Positions 33,511 to 43,617 are shown, numbered from the stretch's first letter. The stretch is 64,000 bases of DNA from Rebecca billardiae RCC1528 (GCA_965240325.2 OZ251240.1:496001-560000), one strand, 5' to 3'. Translations and numbers: made by a program. Notes: generated by a model from the sequence alone, not told the origin.

Positions 33511-34728
33511 TCAGTGATGGGGCGGCACCGGGCTGCGCGCAGAGCCGTGCCCGTGCACGGCCACCTCGACCTCTGCGAGCGCCAGTCCAAACTCGCCCAT
33601 CGCCGCGTACACGAGGTGCATGCGCGCACCGCCCGAGGCGTCGGCGTCCAGGACCACGTCCGGGTCACGCAAGGCGCGCTCTGGCCGCATCGCCTCGCCG
33701 CTGACACTCCTGGAGAGCTGCAGGCGGCCGCCCTCCAGCTCCAACTCGGGCTCGAGCACGGTCTGCGGCGCGCCCACGCGCCAGCTCGGCCACCGCGTGC
33801 CGACGATTGGCGCGGCGAGGATGCGCTCGGGCGCGTCCGGCGCCCACGTGTGCTCGTTTGGCACGACGCCCCGCCCCAACGCCCTGTCGCAGTAGCCGCA
33901 ACGCCCAATGTTGGTCCAGAAGACGAGGAGCTGCCCGCCTGGCGCGCGCACCACCGACGCATGGCGCGCGCCTGGCAGCAGCAGCTGGCCCTCGGAGAAG
34001 CGCTCGGTCGGCGGAGAGTGCAGCGGGCGGCGCACCAGGCTGATGCCGTCGTTGTCGCGCTTCATCACGGCGTACTCCATCCCGTCGTGCTCAAACGTGC
34101 GCAAGTAGAAGCAGCCGATGGCCGGTGGCGGCCGCGGGCTCTCCGCCGGCACGCTGAACGCGAGCCCGTCCGCCGAGTGCGCCTCCATCGTGCCCTGCCA
34201 GCACGACTTGCCGCTCTGAAGCCTGAAGCGCACCTTCTCGCCGTGGAAGTGCATGCGCAGCACGCGCTGCTGGTGGTCGGCGGTCACGTGCGGGCTGGAG
34301 ATGTGCTTCAGCCGCGCCTGAGCGCCCGCACGCGGCGCGTCCAACGCCGGCGCGCGGAGCACCTCGCCGATGTCCTCCCACGGCCCACGCACGCCCGCGC
34401 GGCTTCCCAGAGCGCGGATCGCGAACCCCATGTGGTGCCCGTAGTAGAGCAGGTGCGTGAAGTCAGACGCGAGCCAGGAGGGCACACGCACCAGGCTAGG
34501 GCCGTTGCACCCTGCTAGTCTGCCGCCGTCGAATCGCCCCGTAGCCGGATTGGCCTCGCGACAGTCGAGGAGCAGCGGGCTGAGCGAGCCGTTGCGGAGC
34601 AACACTGGCACGCGCGTTGCGCGGATGGTCGGCGCCGCGCCAGCGCCGCCGCTCGAGGCGAGTCGGAGGGCAAGTACGACCGTGAGCACCGCTGCACGAG
34701 CACGCGGCACGGGAGCGGACTCCAGCAT
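33511..34728 (-). CDS. Secreted protein resembling a bacterial GH32/GH43-like five-bladed beta-propeller hypothetical family
   Basis: Signal peptide (AAVLTVVLALRLA), then NGPSLVRVP.W, YYGHH.G..IR, GPW, HISSPHV, RMHFHG, SADGL.F, YLRTF.H.G, RHASV, VFWT.IG..DAPERIL, VLEPE...EG, LRDPDV, LVYA..GE.GLALAE. Intronless. Confidence 0.75.
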   Translation of the reverse strand: MLESAPVPRARAAVLTVVLALRLASSGGAGAAPTIRATRVPVLLRNGSLSPLLLDCREANPATGRFDGGRLAGCNGPSLVRVPSWLASDFTHLLYYGHHMGFAIRALGSRAGVRGPWEDIGEVLRAPALDAPRAGAQARLKHISSPHVTADHQQRVLRMHFHGEKVRFRLQSGKSCWQGTMEAHSADGLAFSVPAESPRPPPAIGCFYLRTFEHDGMEYAVMKRDNDGISLVRRPLHSPPTERFSEGQLLLPGARHASVVRAPGGQLLVFWTNIGRCGYCDRALGRGVVPNEHTWAPDAPERILAAPIVGTRWPSWRVGAPQTVLEPELELEGGRLQLSRSVSGEAMRPERALRDPDVVLDADASGGARMHLVYAAMGEFGLALAEVEVAVHGHGSARSPVPPHH

Positions 34729-35006
34729 TCGTTCACGGGATGCGCTGCTGCTGACCACTGATGCTGAAAAGAAATCAGCAGCATCGATCGAAAAAGAACG
34801 CATGTCAAATGGCAGGCTCGACCGAGCCGAGCGGTCGCAAATCCGCAAGCGGACCCGCGGTGGACATACAAGTGCGGACAGTTTTCAAGACACGATCAGC
34901 TACATGCATACACATGAAAAGCGACTAGAACATCGTGCAGGGACGACTGCGGGACTCTGCTGCGACGTGCCAACGTTGATGAGCGTCGGGCCCTAGACCG
35001 TCCGCG

Positions 35007-37591
35007 TCATAACGCCGCTGGCCGCTCGCACACGAAGAAGCCGACGGCCTCAACCGTCGCGCACTGCGCGTCAAACCAGCGCGTCCCCACGTCGCCCTGG
35101 GCGGGGCTGCGGATGTCGGGGCTGATCGTCGTGCCGGTTGCGGCGCAGTACCTCTCCGCCTCCCACGAGTACGGGACCTGCCACTTGGCGCCACGGTTGG
35201 GGAAGCCGGGCGCCCAGTTCACGTAGCCGCCGTCCGCACCGAGCGCGCCTCCGTCGGTCCACGCCCACGCACGGCCGGGCGGCGAGCTCGCGTCCTGCGA
35301 GAGGCCGATCCATGCGCTCGAGCTGTGCTGCGAGACGAGGCACGCGACGAACGCGTCCTCCGCGCGGTCGTCGATCCGCACGAGCCGCGCGCCCGCGGCG
35401 GAGCACTCTGCGTGCGCCTCCGCCCACTGCAGTGCGCGCCGGACGAGCCGGTACTGTGAGCTGCCGTGCCGCACCCAGCCGTCTGCGCCGACGGGCGCCG
35501 CGGACGTGACGCGCGCGCACGCGGCGCACGCCGCGCGCGCGGGCTCGCCCGCCCAGACGACGAACGCGTAGGTGAAGCTGATCGCGAGCGCGAGCAGCGC
35601 GAGGCGCCTGCTCCCGCGCGGGTGCGCGCGCGCGCCGGCGAGCAGCCGCGCTGGGACGCCGCCGAGCGCATGGCCGCCGCCGCCGCCACCGCCGCTGCCG
35701 CCAGCCGCGATGCCTCGGTCGGCGGCGGCGGCGCTGGGCGGGGGCGCGAGCTCCGCGCCCGACGCGCCGCCCGCTGTCTCCACCGCGCCCAGCTCAGTGG
35801 ACTTGGCGGCGGTGGTGAGCAGCCTGGCCGCGCGCTCGTTGAGCCGCTGCAGCGTGCCGCACGACGCGACGCAGCACATGAGCAGCCACGCGCGGTCCGC
35901 CTCGTACGTGCACTCGCACCGCGCCGCGTCGAAGCGGCCGAGCGCGTCCGAGCTCGGCCCGCCGGGCAGCGCGACCATGTGCACCTTGCCCGACGCGGCG
36001 GCGGAGCGCCCGTCGAGCTGCTCCTTGAGCTGCTCGAACATGAAGACCTCAGCGACCGGCCACATGCGCGAGAGGTACGACGGCCCCGTCAGCATCAGCA
36101 GCTGGCTGCAGCCCGCGAGGAAGATGGGCAGCAGCTCGATGTCCACCGAGGGCGACTGCAGGCAGTAGGAGTCGATCCACAGCACGGGCTCGCGGCCGTG
36201 CTGCTCGTAGAAGCGGTCCCGCCAGCGCGTGAGCCCGGCCCACCGGTCTTCCGCGGAGTCGCGCCACTGCGCCCGCGCGGGCGGGCGGGGGCGCGCGCGG
36301 GAGCGCCACGTGAGCGGGCGGACGGACGGCGCAGGCCGCCGCGCGCGCGCGGTGTGCCGCTGTGCCGCGGCGGTGCGGTGCCGCGGCGGTGCGGTGCCGC
36401 GGTGTGCCGCGGTGTTCCGCGGTGGTGCGGTGGTGCGGTGCCGCTGTGCCGCACCGAGTGCGAGACGAACGCGTCGATCTTGCCGAAGGGCATCGGCTGC
36501 GAGGCGGCGTGGGCGGAGGCGGCGGGATTCAGGACGTGCTCGTGCACGGCCTCGCGGGCGGCAGGCGTGCCGTCCGCCGAGCGCGCAAAGTCGTCGGGGC
36601 TCAGCAGGTCGTACCGGACGCCGCGCAGCCGCGCGCGCCCGCTCGCAATCGCCGCCTCGGGCGGGATGCCGCCGAGCAGGGACGCAATGCCGCCCGCAGC
36701 GGACATGTCCGCGCTGCTGCTTGAGAGCCAGGCGCGCACGCGCGCGCGCGCGCTGGGGGAGAAGGCGAACGCGCAGAACGCGCCGTGCTCCACCAGCCAG
36801 ATCGCGTCGTACGCCGACGCGCGGAAGTAGATCTGCTCGATGAAGTGGCCGAGCGACGCGTTCAGCAGCTGCGCGTACAGGCTGGCCGCCGAGTACAGCG
36901 TCACGTACCCAAAGCCGAGCTGGCGCCAGAGGGTGAGGTTGAGCAGCTCGGTCGAGACGGGCCGGGAGCCGTCGGCGCGCCGGCGCACGAAGCGCCCTGT
37001 GAGCGCCCACGCCATCGACCCGCTCACCAGCACGTGCGCGGTGGCCAGCACAAAGTGGGTCGGCACCTCGATGGCGAGCTCGGTCGCCGCCCAGCACGAC
37101 GGCGCGCGCACCAGCCGGGCGAGCATCGGCAACAGGAACTGGTTCGTGTGGAACACGATGAAGTACGCGAAGAAGGCACAGACCAGTGCGGCCGCCACGG
37201 CGTTGGCCCACGCGCTCCCAGGCGGCACGGAAAGCAGCAGGCCGGTGTAAGCCACGATGTTGAGCGTGGCGGTCAAGCAGTCGCCCTGGATCGGGTTTTG
37301 CGGGCGCCAGAGCGACCAGCCGCTCATCGTGTTGAGGGTGATTGCGCCCAATGCGGCGGATCCGATCAGTAGCGGCAGTACGCTCACGCGAGCCGCTCGC
37401 CACCGCCCCGCACGCTGCGCGGCCGTGAGAACCCGCCGGATGTTTTCGATGTCTCGCGAGGCGGGTTCGGCCGCAATGGCGACAGCATCTGCGACGACGA
37501 CGTTGGTCGGCGACTCGAGCTCGGGCGTGACCACAGAGCTGGGGCGCACGTGGACCCGCAGCGGCCAGCGAAGATGAGGCCAATACGGCAT
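35007..37591 (-). CDS. Multi-TM receptor-like protein: ~6 N-terminal TM, TIR/HET-like domain, TM, C-terminal C-type lectin; exons 37591-36455 and 36266-35007 (798 aa)
   Basis: The GT-AG intron 36267-36454 joins DAFVSHS|WRD. Then LWIDSYCL..LPIFLAGCSQLLMLTGPSYLSRMWPVAEVF, a TM (LALLALAISFTYAFVVWA), and a CTLD (GW......Y....LQWAEAHAEC...GARLVRI....E..FV......AWIGL...WAWTDG...YVNWAPGFPN...C....WFDAQC....FVCE). Confidence 0.82.
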
Positions 37592-37691
37592 TGGGCGGAG
37601 CTCTTCTTCACCCCTGCGGAGGGGGGGGGGGGGGGCACTTCACTCTGCACACAGCCCACCTTGTGAGCACAGCCCAGGCGGCCCGTCGCTA

Positions 37692-37917
37692 ATAATCGCC
37701 TGCCTGTGAGCTGTGTGTGTCTCTTATTCTTAAGTAAACTGTAGTCAATCTCTTAACCGATCATTATTATCTGCAGCCTGATACCCATCAAGCTGATGAC
37801 GAATCGACACATTTAATGATGATCACTCGACCCGACGCTGGGTCGAGATTCATTGCTCGCATATGTCGATGAAAACATACAGTTTACACGCACACAGCTC
37901 ATCAGGCAGGGCGAGAT
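37692..37917. repeat. Foldback/MITE-like element with imperfect terminal inverted repeats
   Basis: Left arm atcgcctgcctgtgagctgtgtgtgt...gtaaactgta (37695-37743) is mirrored by tacagtttacacgcacacagctcatcaggcagggcgagat (37878-37917). Internal hairpin ctcgaccc/gggtcgag. Confidence 0.6.
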
Positions 37918-38013
37918 ACAGTTCACTATGATTTAACGTGCACACTTGGTTAAGGCGTGATTAACGCCATCCAACACGCTCGCCATCTACTATAATCTCG
38001 CCTGCCTGAGCTG

Positions 38014-38530
38014 TTTTAAATTCCCCTTTATAACGGGCTCCGGGTGATCAGACTGGCGGCCGAAGCCTCCAGCCCTACCCTGGCCAGCCCCCAACCAACC
38101 ACCACCCTCACCCAACCTCAAACCACTGACCGATACACCGAGTGCCTTGACACCACTCCGCTGTGGACAGCCCGCCTCCAGAGGGGGCGGGGGTATGCCA
38201 TTGCCGACAGCATACAAGCCCAACACTGTGGGGTGGTCCCAGGTACCAGCAGTGCACTGCCTTGCAATTCGAGATCATCGAGTTTGAGCCGAGTCGGCAG
38301 ACTGGGCACCCCCTAGGGCGCCCCAGTGTGGGCAGAGGGCCAGCCACTAGCCGATCCCTGCGCGGGGGAGGGGACGGAGGGGGCTGTCAGCGAGCCCAGT
38401 AGCTGGGCAGGGGTCTGGGCCACTGGTCCTGGCAGTGAGGCGCCTGTATTTCACTCGTGCTGCTATGGAGGCAGATGGTGTCATGTCAGACATGTGTGCG
38501 ATATCGGGCATCAAGTCAGGGCGTGGGCCG
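38014..38530 (-). mobile_element. A-tailed retroposon-like (SINE or LINE 3' end) sequence, longer copy; 5' boundary approximate
   Basis: 38014-38159 is identical to the reverse complement of 63227-63372. The segment is relatively CpG-poor and ends ...ttataaaggggaatttaaaa on the minus strand. Confidence 0.55.
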
Positions 38531-38721
38531 CGTGCGTCTCTTATAATATTCTTAGTAAACTGTACAGTTTACTATAGTAATCAGAATAAGAGAGCACACA
38601 AGCTGATCAGTCCTACCTATTTCGTTAAATCATAGAATGAGTAAAGGCCTATGGGGGTAAAGGGTGTCGTCGGGCAAGCCCGCCATCGTGCGCCCCGTGC
38701 CCGCTGCCCGTGTACTCGTCC

Positions 38722-40428
38722 ATGGCCTCGCCGCCACGCCAGCCTGCGCACAGGCTGGCGCCGCTGGCGCTCGTGCTGGCGCTACCGCCCGCATCTCGCG
38801 GGCAGCGCGTGGCCGTCGCCGAGCTCTTCGACTTCTGCCGCTCCCCGGGCCGCGCGCCGCCCACGCTCGCGGCGCTCAACCTCACGATGGGCTCGATGTA
38901 CGGCGCGCCGATCTGCGCGGGCGATCCGCGCTTTGTCGCGGCCGAGGACGCGCCGCCGGGCTTCTGCCTGCACCCGGAGCTGCGGCGTGAGCTGATCCTC
39001 GATGTGCCCACGCTGCCGCACCTGCGACGCAACCCCCTCGCCTTCGACCAGTTCGCGAGCGAGCGCGTGCTGCTGGCGCGCTGGCTGCAGGAGGGCGGCA
39101 CCTGCGAGCTCGACACGCCCGGCTCGTGCGCGGCGGACGTGCTGGTGGTGCCCTCGCCGTACCTGCACTGCGAGGCGGCGCGCGGGTTCCACCTGCGCCA
39201 GGCGCGCGTCAAGCGCGGCGGGGCCTACGCGCAGTACTGGCAGCACGTGCTCGGCCGCGTGTCGGAGCGGCAGCCGCTCGTGCAGCGCGTGCTCGTGCAC
39301 CTGCCCTTCATTCTCATCTTCGACACCGAGCTCGCGCGCGCGCTGACGCAGCAGCCGGGGGAGCGCCGGCGGAAGGTGCTGCTCACCTCGATCGGGCCGC
39401 AGCTCCCGCTCAAGCTCCCGCGCTGGAGCGCCGCGCTCAGGCTCTCGCCGCAGCAGCAGCTGCGCGAGCTGCGCGCGCACCCGCCCGCGGCCGGCGCGTC
39501 GTTCCCGCAGCTGCTGCCGCTGCCGTACCCGACGGGGCTCTTCTCGGCGCCGGTGGACTGGCTGGCGCCCAGCGGCGCGTACAACGCGTCGGAGCGGCCT
39601 GTCCTGCTCTCGCTCAGCGCCACGCTGTACTATCGCATGCACCCGCAGCGCTACGAAATCGTCGGGGCGATCAGGCAGGCGGGTGGCGTGTGCGAGCATG
39701 GCCAGTGCGTGCTGTGCCGACCGGGGCGCGGGGCGGAGTGCGGCGCGACGCGCGGGCTGTGGACGCTCGCGGTGCGCTCGACCTTCTGCGCCGAGCCCGC
39801 GGGCGACTCGCCCGACCGCTCGCACATCCACGTCGCCATCGCGGCCGGCTGCATCCCCGTCATCTTCGGCGGGCTCAACGACCCGTGGCAAGCGCGCAGC
39901 AAGACGCGCGCCGGGCTCTATATGCCGCCCACGCGGTACGCGTGGCGGCAGGAGAACGAGAGCGCGGCCGCCGAGGACAACGCGCTGGCGCGGAGGCTCG
40001 ACGGCGGCAAGGCGCCCCTGTGGGAGGTGTACTCGGACTTCAGCGTCGACGTCGACCTGGCGGCGACCGGCATGGCCGCCGCCAACGGCAGCTGGGTCGA
40101 GTCGCTCCGCGCGCTGCCGGCGGAGCGCTTGCACGAGCTGCGCGTGGGGCTGAGGCGCGTGGCGCACGCGATGGGCTACCGGACGCACGCCGGCGCGTGC
40201 GCCGGCGCGTCGGGCGCGGAGGACTGCGACGGCTTCGCGCGGCTGCGCCGCTTCGTCCGCCTGTCCGTCGCGCTCTCCAAGCGCCAGGCGAGTGGCAAAG
40301 GCGGCGCTGATGCCATGCCCAACCCGGCCGCCGTGCGCGCCAATGCCGACACTCAAAGGCCCGACCCTGCTCCGGCGCCGACTACGTCGTCGGTCAAGGA
40401 GCCTGGCAGCCACCGCCGAGGCGCGTGA
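38722..40428 (+). CDS. Exostosin/GT47-like glycosyltransferase
   Basis: N-terminal hydrophobic segment (LAPLALVLAL), QFASE..L, AADVLVVP, LPYPT, RPVLLS, and the GT47 signature STFCAEPAGDSPDRSHIHVAIAAGCIPVIF. Confidence 0.8.
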   Translation: MASPPRQPAHRLAPLALVLALPPASRGQRVAVAELFDFCRSPGRAPPTLAALNLTMGSMYGAPICAGDPRFVAAEDAPPGFCLHPELRRELILDVPTLPHLRRNPLAFDQFASERVLLARWLQEGGTCELDTPGSCAADVLVVPSPYLHCEAARGFHLRQARVKRGGAYAQYWQHVLGRVSERQPLVQRVLVHLPFILIFDTELARALTQQPGERRRKVLLTSIGPQLPLKLPRWSAALRLSPQQQLRELRAHPPAAGASFPQLLPLPYPTGLFSAPVDWLAPSGAYNASERPVLLSLSATLYYRMHPQRYEIVGAIRQAGGVCEHGQCVLCRPGRGAECGATRGLWTLAVRSTFCAEPAGDSPDRSHIHVAIAAGCIPVIFGGLNDPWQARSKTRAGLYMPPTRYAWRQENESAAAEDNALARRLDGGKAPLWEVYSDFSVDVDLAATGMAAANGSWVESLRALPAERLHELRVGLRRVAHAMGYRTHAGACAGASGAEDCDGFARLRRFVRLSVALSKRQASGKGGADAMPNPAAVRANADTQRPDPAPAPTTSSVKEPGSHRRGA

Positions 40429-41069
40429 CACTTTGAAGCGCGCAGATGCCAACTGAATATCACTGATTCGGCGGGCTGAAATGGGCATCGTGATCGTCGC
40501 AGCTGATCCTGATGCCCGAGTCTTCAGCCGGGGTCAGCAGCCGATATGCTGACGCGAATACCGCTATATACTAGCGGCTAGTCCGCTAGCTGGCGCAGCG
40601 TGCGCTGCTACTGTCTACTGACACTCGGCAGCTCCGGGACGTGACCATGGTCCAGGCTCACGGACTGTACCGTCGGTGCGGTGAACACGGGTCACGCCTG
40701 ACGGCACTGCCTATTAAGTAATTATAGGGCTAGTCGGCCCGTGTCTCAGTCTGCTACTGCTACTAGTGCTACTACAAACATATATAATAATATAAAATCG
40801 AAACCGCCAGTCCCGAGTCCGCGCGCCAGTCACCAGCGCGTACGTCCACGCCGCCGAGTATGCCGTCGTCAGTAGGCCGAGTCGCCAACCGCAGATCTAG
40901 ATCCTGCGGCGACCTGCTGATGGCGGATAATTCTGACGAAGTATAGTTAGTAGTACTCAGACGCATGGCGCGTGCATGCCACAGCAGCGGCCATGGGCAT
41001 GATGCCGATCCGGCCGGGGTCGCGCACACAGGTGGTGGCCTCGTGTGCTGGCACCGCTGCTGCCACCAG

Positions 41070-42122
41070 CTACGACGCCCCCTGCTCCGCCGCCGCGCCC
41101 CCTCCTCTCGGCGCCGGCTCGTCGACGTCCGCGCCGGCGACGATGCGCTGCACGACCTGCCAGATCAGGTCCCCGCCCATGCGCAGAGGCGCGTAGTCCT
41201 CGTACAGCACGCGCAGCGCGACGACCATGCCCTCGTTGCGCGCGCCCGCGAAGCACCCCTCGAGCACCGCGCGCAGCCGCTCGTTCTCCACCGAGTCGAG
41301 CAGCGCCTGCTCCAGCCCCGCCTCCCGCCAGCGCTCGAAGGTGGAGAGCATCTCGTCGTACCGCGCGCCGTGCTTGCGCCGCCGCTCGAGCGCGCGCTCG
41401 CCGCGTGCGCGGTTCTCGAGCACGGCCGTGCGCAGCGCCACCGCGTCGTCGAGCGCGCCCAGCTTGCTCGCCGCGGCGATGAAGCGGCCGAGGCTCAGCT
41501 CGCCGCTCTCCGCCTCGGCCGCGCCGCCCCCGAAGAGTGCGTCCAGCTCCCTGACGCCGTAGTAGTCGCGCAGCAGCTCGACAAAGCCCGAGCCGACGAG
41601 CTCGTCGCGCGAGAGCTCGCCGGAGCCGTCGGCGTCGATGGCGGCGAAGAGCTCCTTCAGCTGGGCGAGCTCGTCGCCCTCGTCCGCCGCGGCGGGCGCG
41701 GGGCCGGCCGGCGCGCCCTTGGCCGGCGCGCCCCTGCGCGCCGCACGCACCTGATCATCCAAAATCTTGAAGATCAGGTCGCCGCCGAGGCGCAGCGGGA
41801 GGAAGTCCTCGTAGAGCACCACGAACGCGCGGACGACAGTCTCGTCGTCCGTGCCGCGTATCACCCCGCGCACGAGTTGCTGCAGCCGCGGAGTGCCTCG
41901 CAGCCCGTCGATGTCCTCAGCCGTGTACTCACGACACCGCTGGAGCATCGCGCCAAACTGCTCGGCGCGCTTGCTCGGCGCGGCGCCGTCGGCGGCGCAG
42001 AGAAGCTGCGCGCGGCGCGAGCGGGTGGCCGACACGGGCGCGCGCTCCGCCATCGGGCCCCACGGGCCGGTTCGGAATGTCCACGCGCACGACGCGCACA
42101 GCGTGATCGCCCATGCCGTCAT
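41070..42122 (-). CDS. EF-hand protein with a duplicated helical domain, probable plastid-targeting presequence
   Basis: EF loop DADGSGELSRDE, plus a degenerate second loop (ESGELSLGRF). Flanking repeats VLYEDFLPLRLGGDLIF and VLYEDYAPLRMGGDLIW. N-terminus MTAWAITLCASCAWTF. Confidence 0.8.
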   Translation of the reverse strand: MTAWAITLCASCAWTFRTGPWGPMAERAPVSATRSRRAQLLCAADGAAPSKRAEQFGAMLQRCREYTAEDIDGLRGTPRLQQLVRGVIRGTDDETVVRAFVVLYEDFLPLRLGGDLIFKILDDQVRAARRGAPAKGAPAGPAPAAADEGDELAQLKELFAAIDADGSGELSRDELVGSGFVELLRDYYGVRELDALFGGGAAEAESGELSLGRFIAAASKLGALDDAVALRTAVLENRARGERALERRRKHGARYDEMLSTFERWREAGLEQALLDSVENERLRAVLEGCFAGARNEGMVVALRVLYEDYAPLRMGGDLIWQVVQRIVAGADVDEPAPRGGGAAAEQGAS

Positions 42123-42126
42123 TCGC

Positions 42127-42174
42127 CGACCTTTTGACCGCCTTGCGTCGGTCGACCTTTTGACCGCCTGCGTC
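42127..42174. promoter_or_regulatory. 17-bp direct repeat in a ~100-bp divergent intergenic spacer
   Basis: cgaccttttgaccgcct at 42127-42143 and 42153-42169, each followed by (t)gcgtc. Lies between ATG 42122 (-) and ATG 42226 (+). Confidence 0.45.
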
Positions 42175-42225
42175 TCGCGCCGGACTCCGGACCACCCGCT
42201 CGCCGGACAGGTGTCTGTCGCTCCG

Positions 42226-43617
42226 ATGGCGAACGCTTCCGCGGCGGTCGGGCTCCTCCGGCGCAAGTCGGGGCGCGGCGACGCGTGTGCGACGTTCCTT
42301 CTGGCGAAGCGAGCTGAGGATGGCGACGGCATCGCGCAGGACGAGCGCGAAGCCTTTCGCCTGTACACCCTCGCCGCTGAGCGCGGCTTTGCCGATGCGC
42401 AGGCGAAGATGGGCGAAATCTGCGTGGCAGGCAAGCTTGGTCAGCCCGTGGACCTGGAGGCAGCCGCGCGCTGGTACCGGCTGGCGGCCGAGCAGGGCCA
42501 TGCTGTAGCGCAGGGCAGTCTGGGCTGGTGCTACGCGCAAGGCAAGGGCGTGCAGCAGGATCGGGGCGAGGCATTGCGCTGGTACCGGCTTGCAGCCGAG
42601 CAGGGCAACTCAGCTGCGCAGTGCAATCTGGGCGCGTTCTACCAGTATGGCGAGGGTGTGCAGCAGGATCTGGGCGAGGCTGTGCGCTGGTACCGGCTGG
42701 CGGCCGAGCAGGGCGTTGCTCAAGCGCAGCGCAATCTGGGCCTGTGCTACAAGCATGGCGAGGGTGTGCAGCAGGATCTGGGCGAGGCTGTGCGCTGGTA
42801 CCGGCTGGCAGCTGAGCAGGGCCATGCAGGGGCGCAGCGTAATCTGGGCCAGTGCTACGCGCGTGGCGAGCATGTGCAGCAGGATTGGGGCGAGGCAGCG
42901 CGCTGGTTCCGGCTGGCGGCAGAGCAGGGCCACGCTGAGGCGCCGTGTCATCTGGGCGCGTGCTACGCGCGAGGCGAAGGTGTGCAGCAGGATTGGGGCG
43001 AGGCATTGCGCTGGTTCCGGCTGGCGGCTGAGCAGGGCGTTGTTGAAGCCCAGTTCAATCTGGGCGGTTGCTATGCGCGTGGCGATGGTGTGCAGCAGGA
43101 CTGGGGCGAGGCAGCGCGCTGGTACCGGCTGGCGGCCGATCGGGGCTATGCTAACGCGCAGTACGATCTGGGCACGTGCTACCAGCAAGGCAAGGGTGTG
43201 CAGCAGGATCGTGGCGAGGCTGTGCGCTGGTTCCGCCTGGCTGCTGATGGAGGGTGCGCACCTGCACACATCTTGCTGGCAACGATGACGCTGGCGGGTG
43301 CGGGAGTGGAGCGTGACGTGGAGGAGGGCGCGCGGCTGCTGCGCCGTGTCCAAGAGCTCGATCCAGACCTCAGAGTTATGGCATGCAATGTGCTGGCCAA
43401 GAGAGCTGGAGAGCGTGAGGTAGTCTCTCAGTGCTGCATCACCTGCGGACGGACAGGCCGTGGTCTGAAGAAGTGCGAGCGGTGCCACGTGGCGGTCTTC
43501 TGCTCGCGTGAGCACCTGCGCAGCTCGTGGAAGGTGCACAAGCCCCACTGCAACGCGTGGTGCGCTGAGGTCCCAGTGGGGGAAGCCTCTGCCGCTGCAG
43601 CGGCGCCAACGGTGTAA
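42226..43617 (+). CDS. SEL1-like repeat protein with C-terminal MYND zinc finger
   Basis: About 9 repeats of AQ.NLG.CY..G.GVQQD.GEA.RWYRLAAEQG (108-bp period, near-identical DNA), then CITCGRTGRGLKKCERCHVAVFCSREHLRSSWKVHKPHC. Confidence 0.92.
   Translation: MANASAAVGLLRRKSGRGDACATFLLAKRAEDGDGIAQDEREAFRLYTLAAERGFADAQAKMGEICVAGKLGQPVDLEAAARWYRLAAEQGHAVAQGSLGWCYAQGKGVQQDRGEALRWYRLAAEQGNSAAQCNLGAFYQYGEGVQQDLGEAVRWYRLAAEQGVAQAQRNLGLCYKHGEGVQQDLGEAVRWYRLAAEQGHAGAQRNLGQCYARGEHVQQDWGEAARWFRLAAEQGHAEAPCHLGACYARGEGVQQDWGEALRWFRLAAEQGVVEAQFNLGGCYARGDGVQQDWGEAARWYRLAADRGYANAQYDLGTCYQQGKGVQQDRGEAVRWFRLAADGGCAPAHILLATMTLAGAGVERDVEEGARLLRRVQELDPDLRVMACNVLAKRAGEREVVSQCCITCGRTGRGLKKCERCHVAVFCSREHLRSSWKVHKPHCNAWCAEVPVGEASAAAAAPTV

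Noticed and set aside
42470-43250. Regularly spaced repeats superficially like a CRISPR array
   Set aside because: They are in-frame 108-bp SEL1 coding repeats with no unique spacers and no cas genes.
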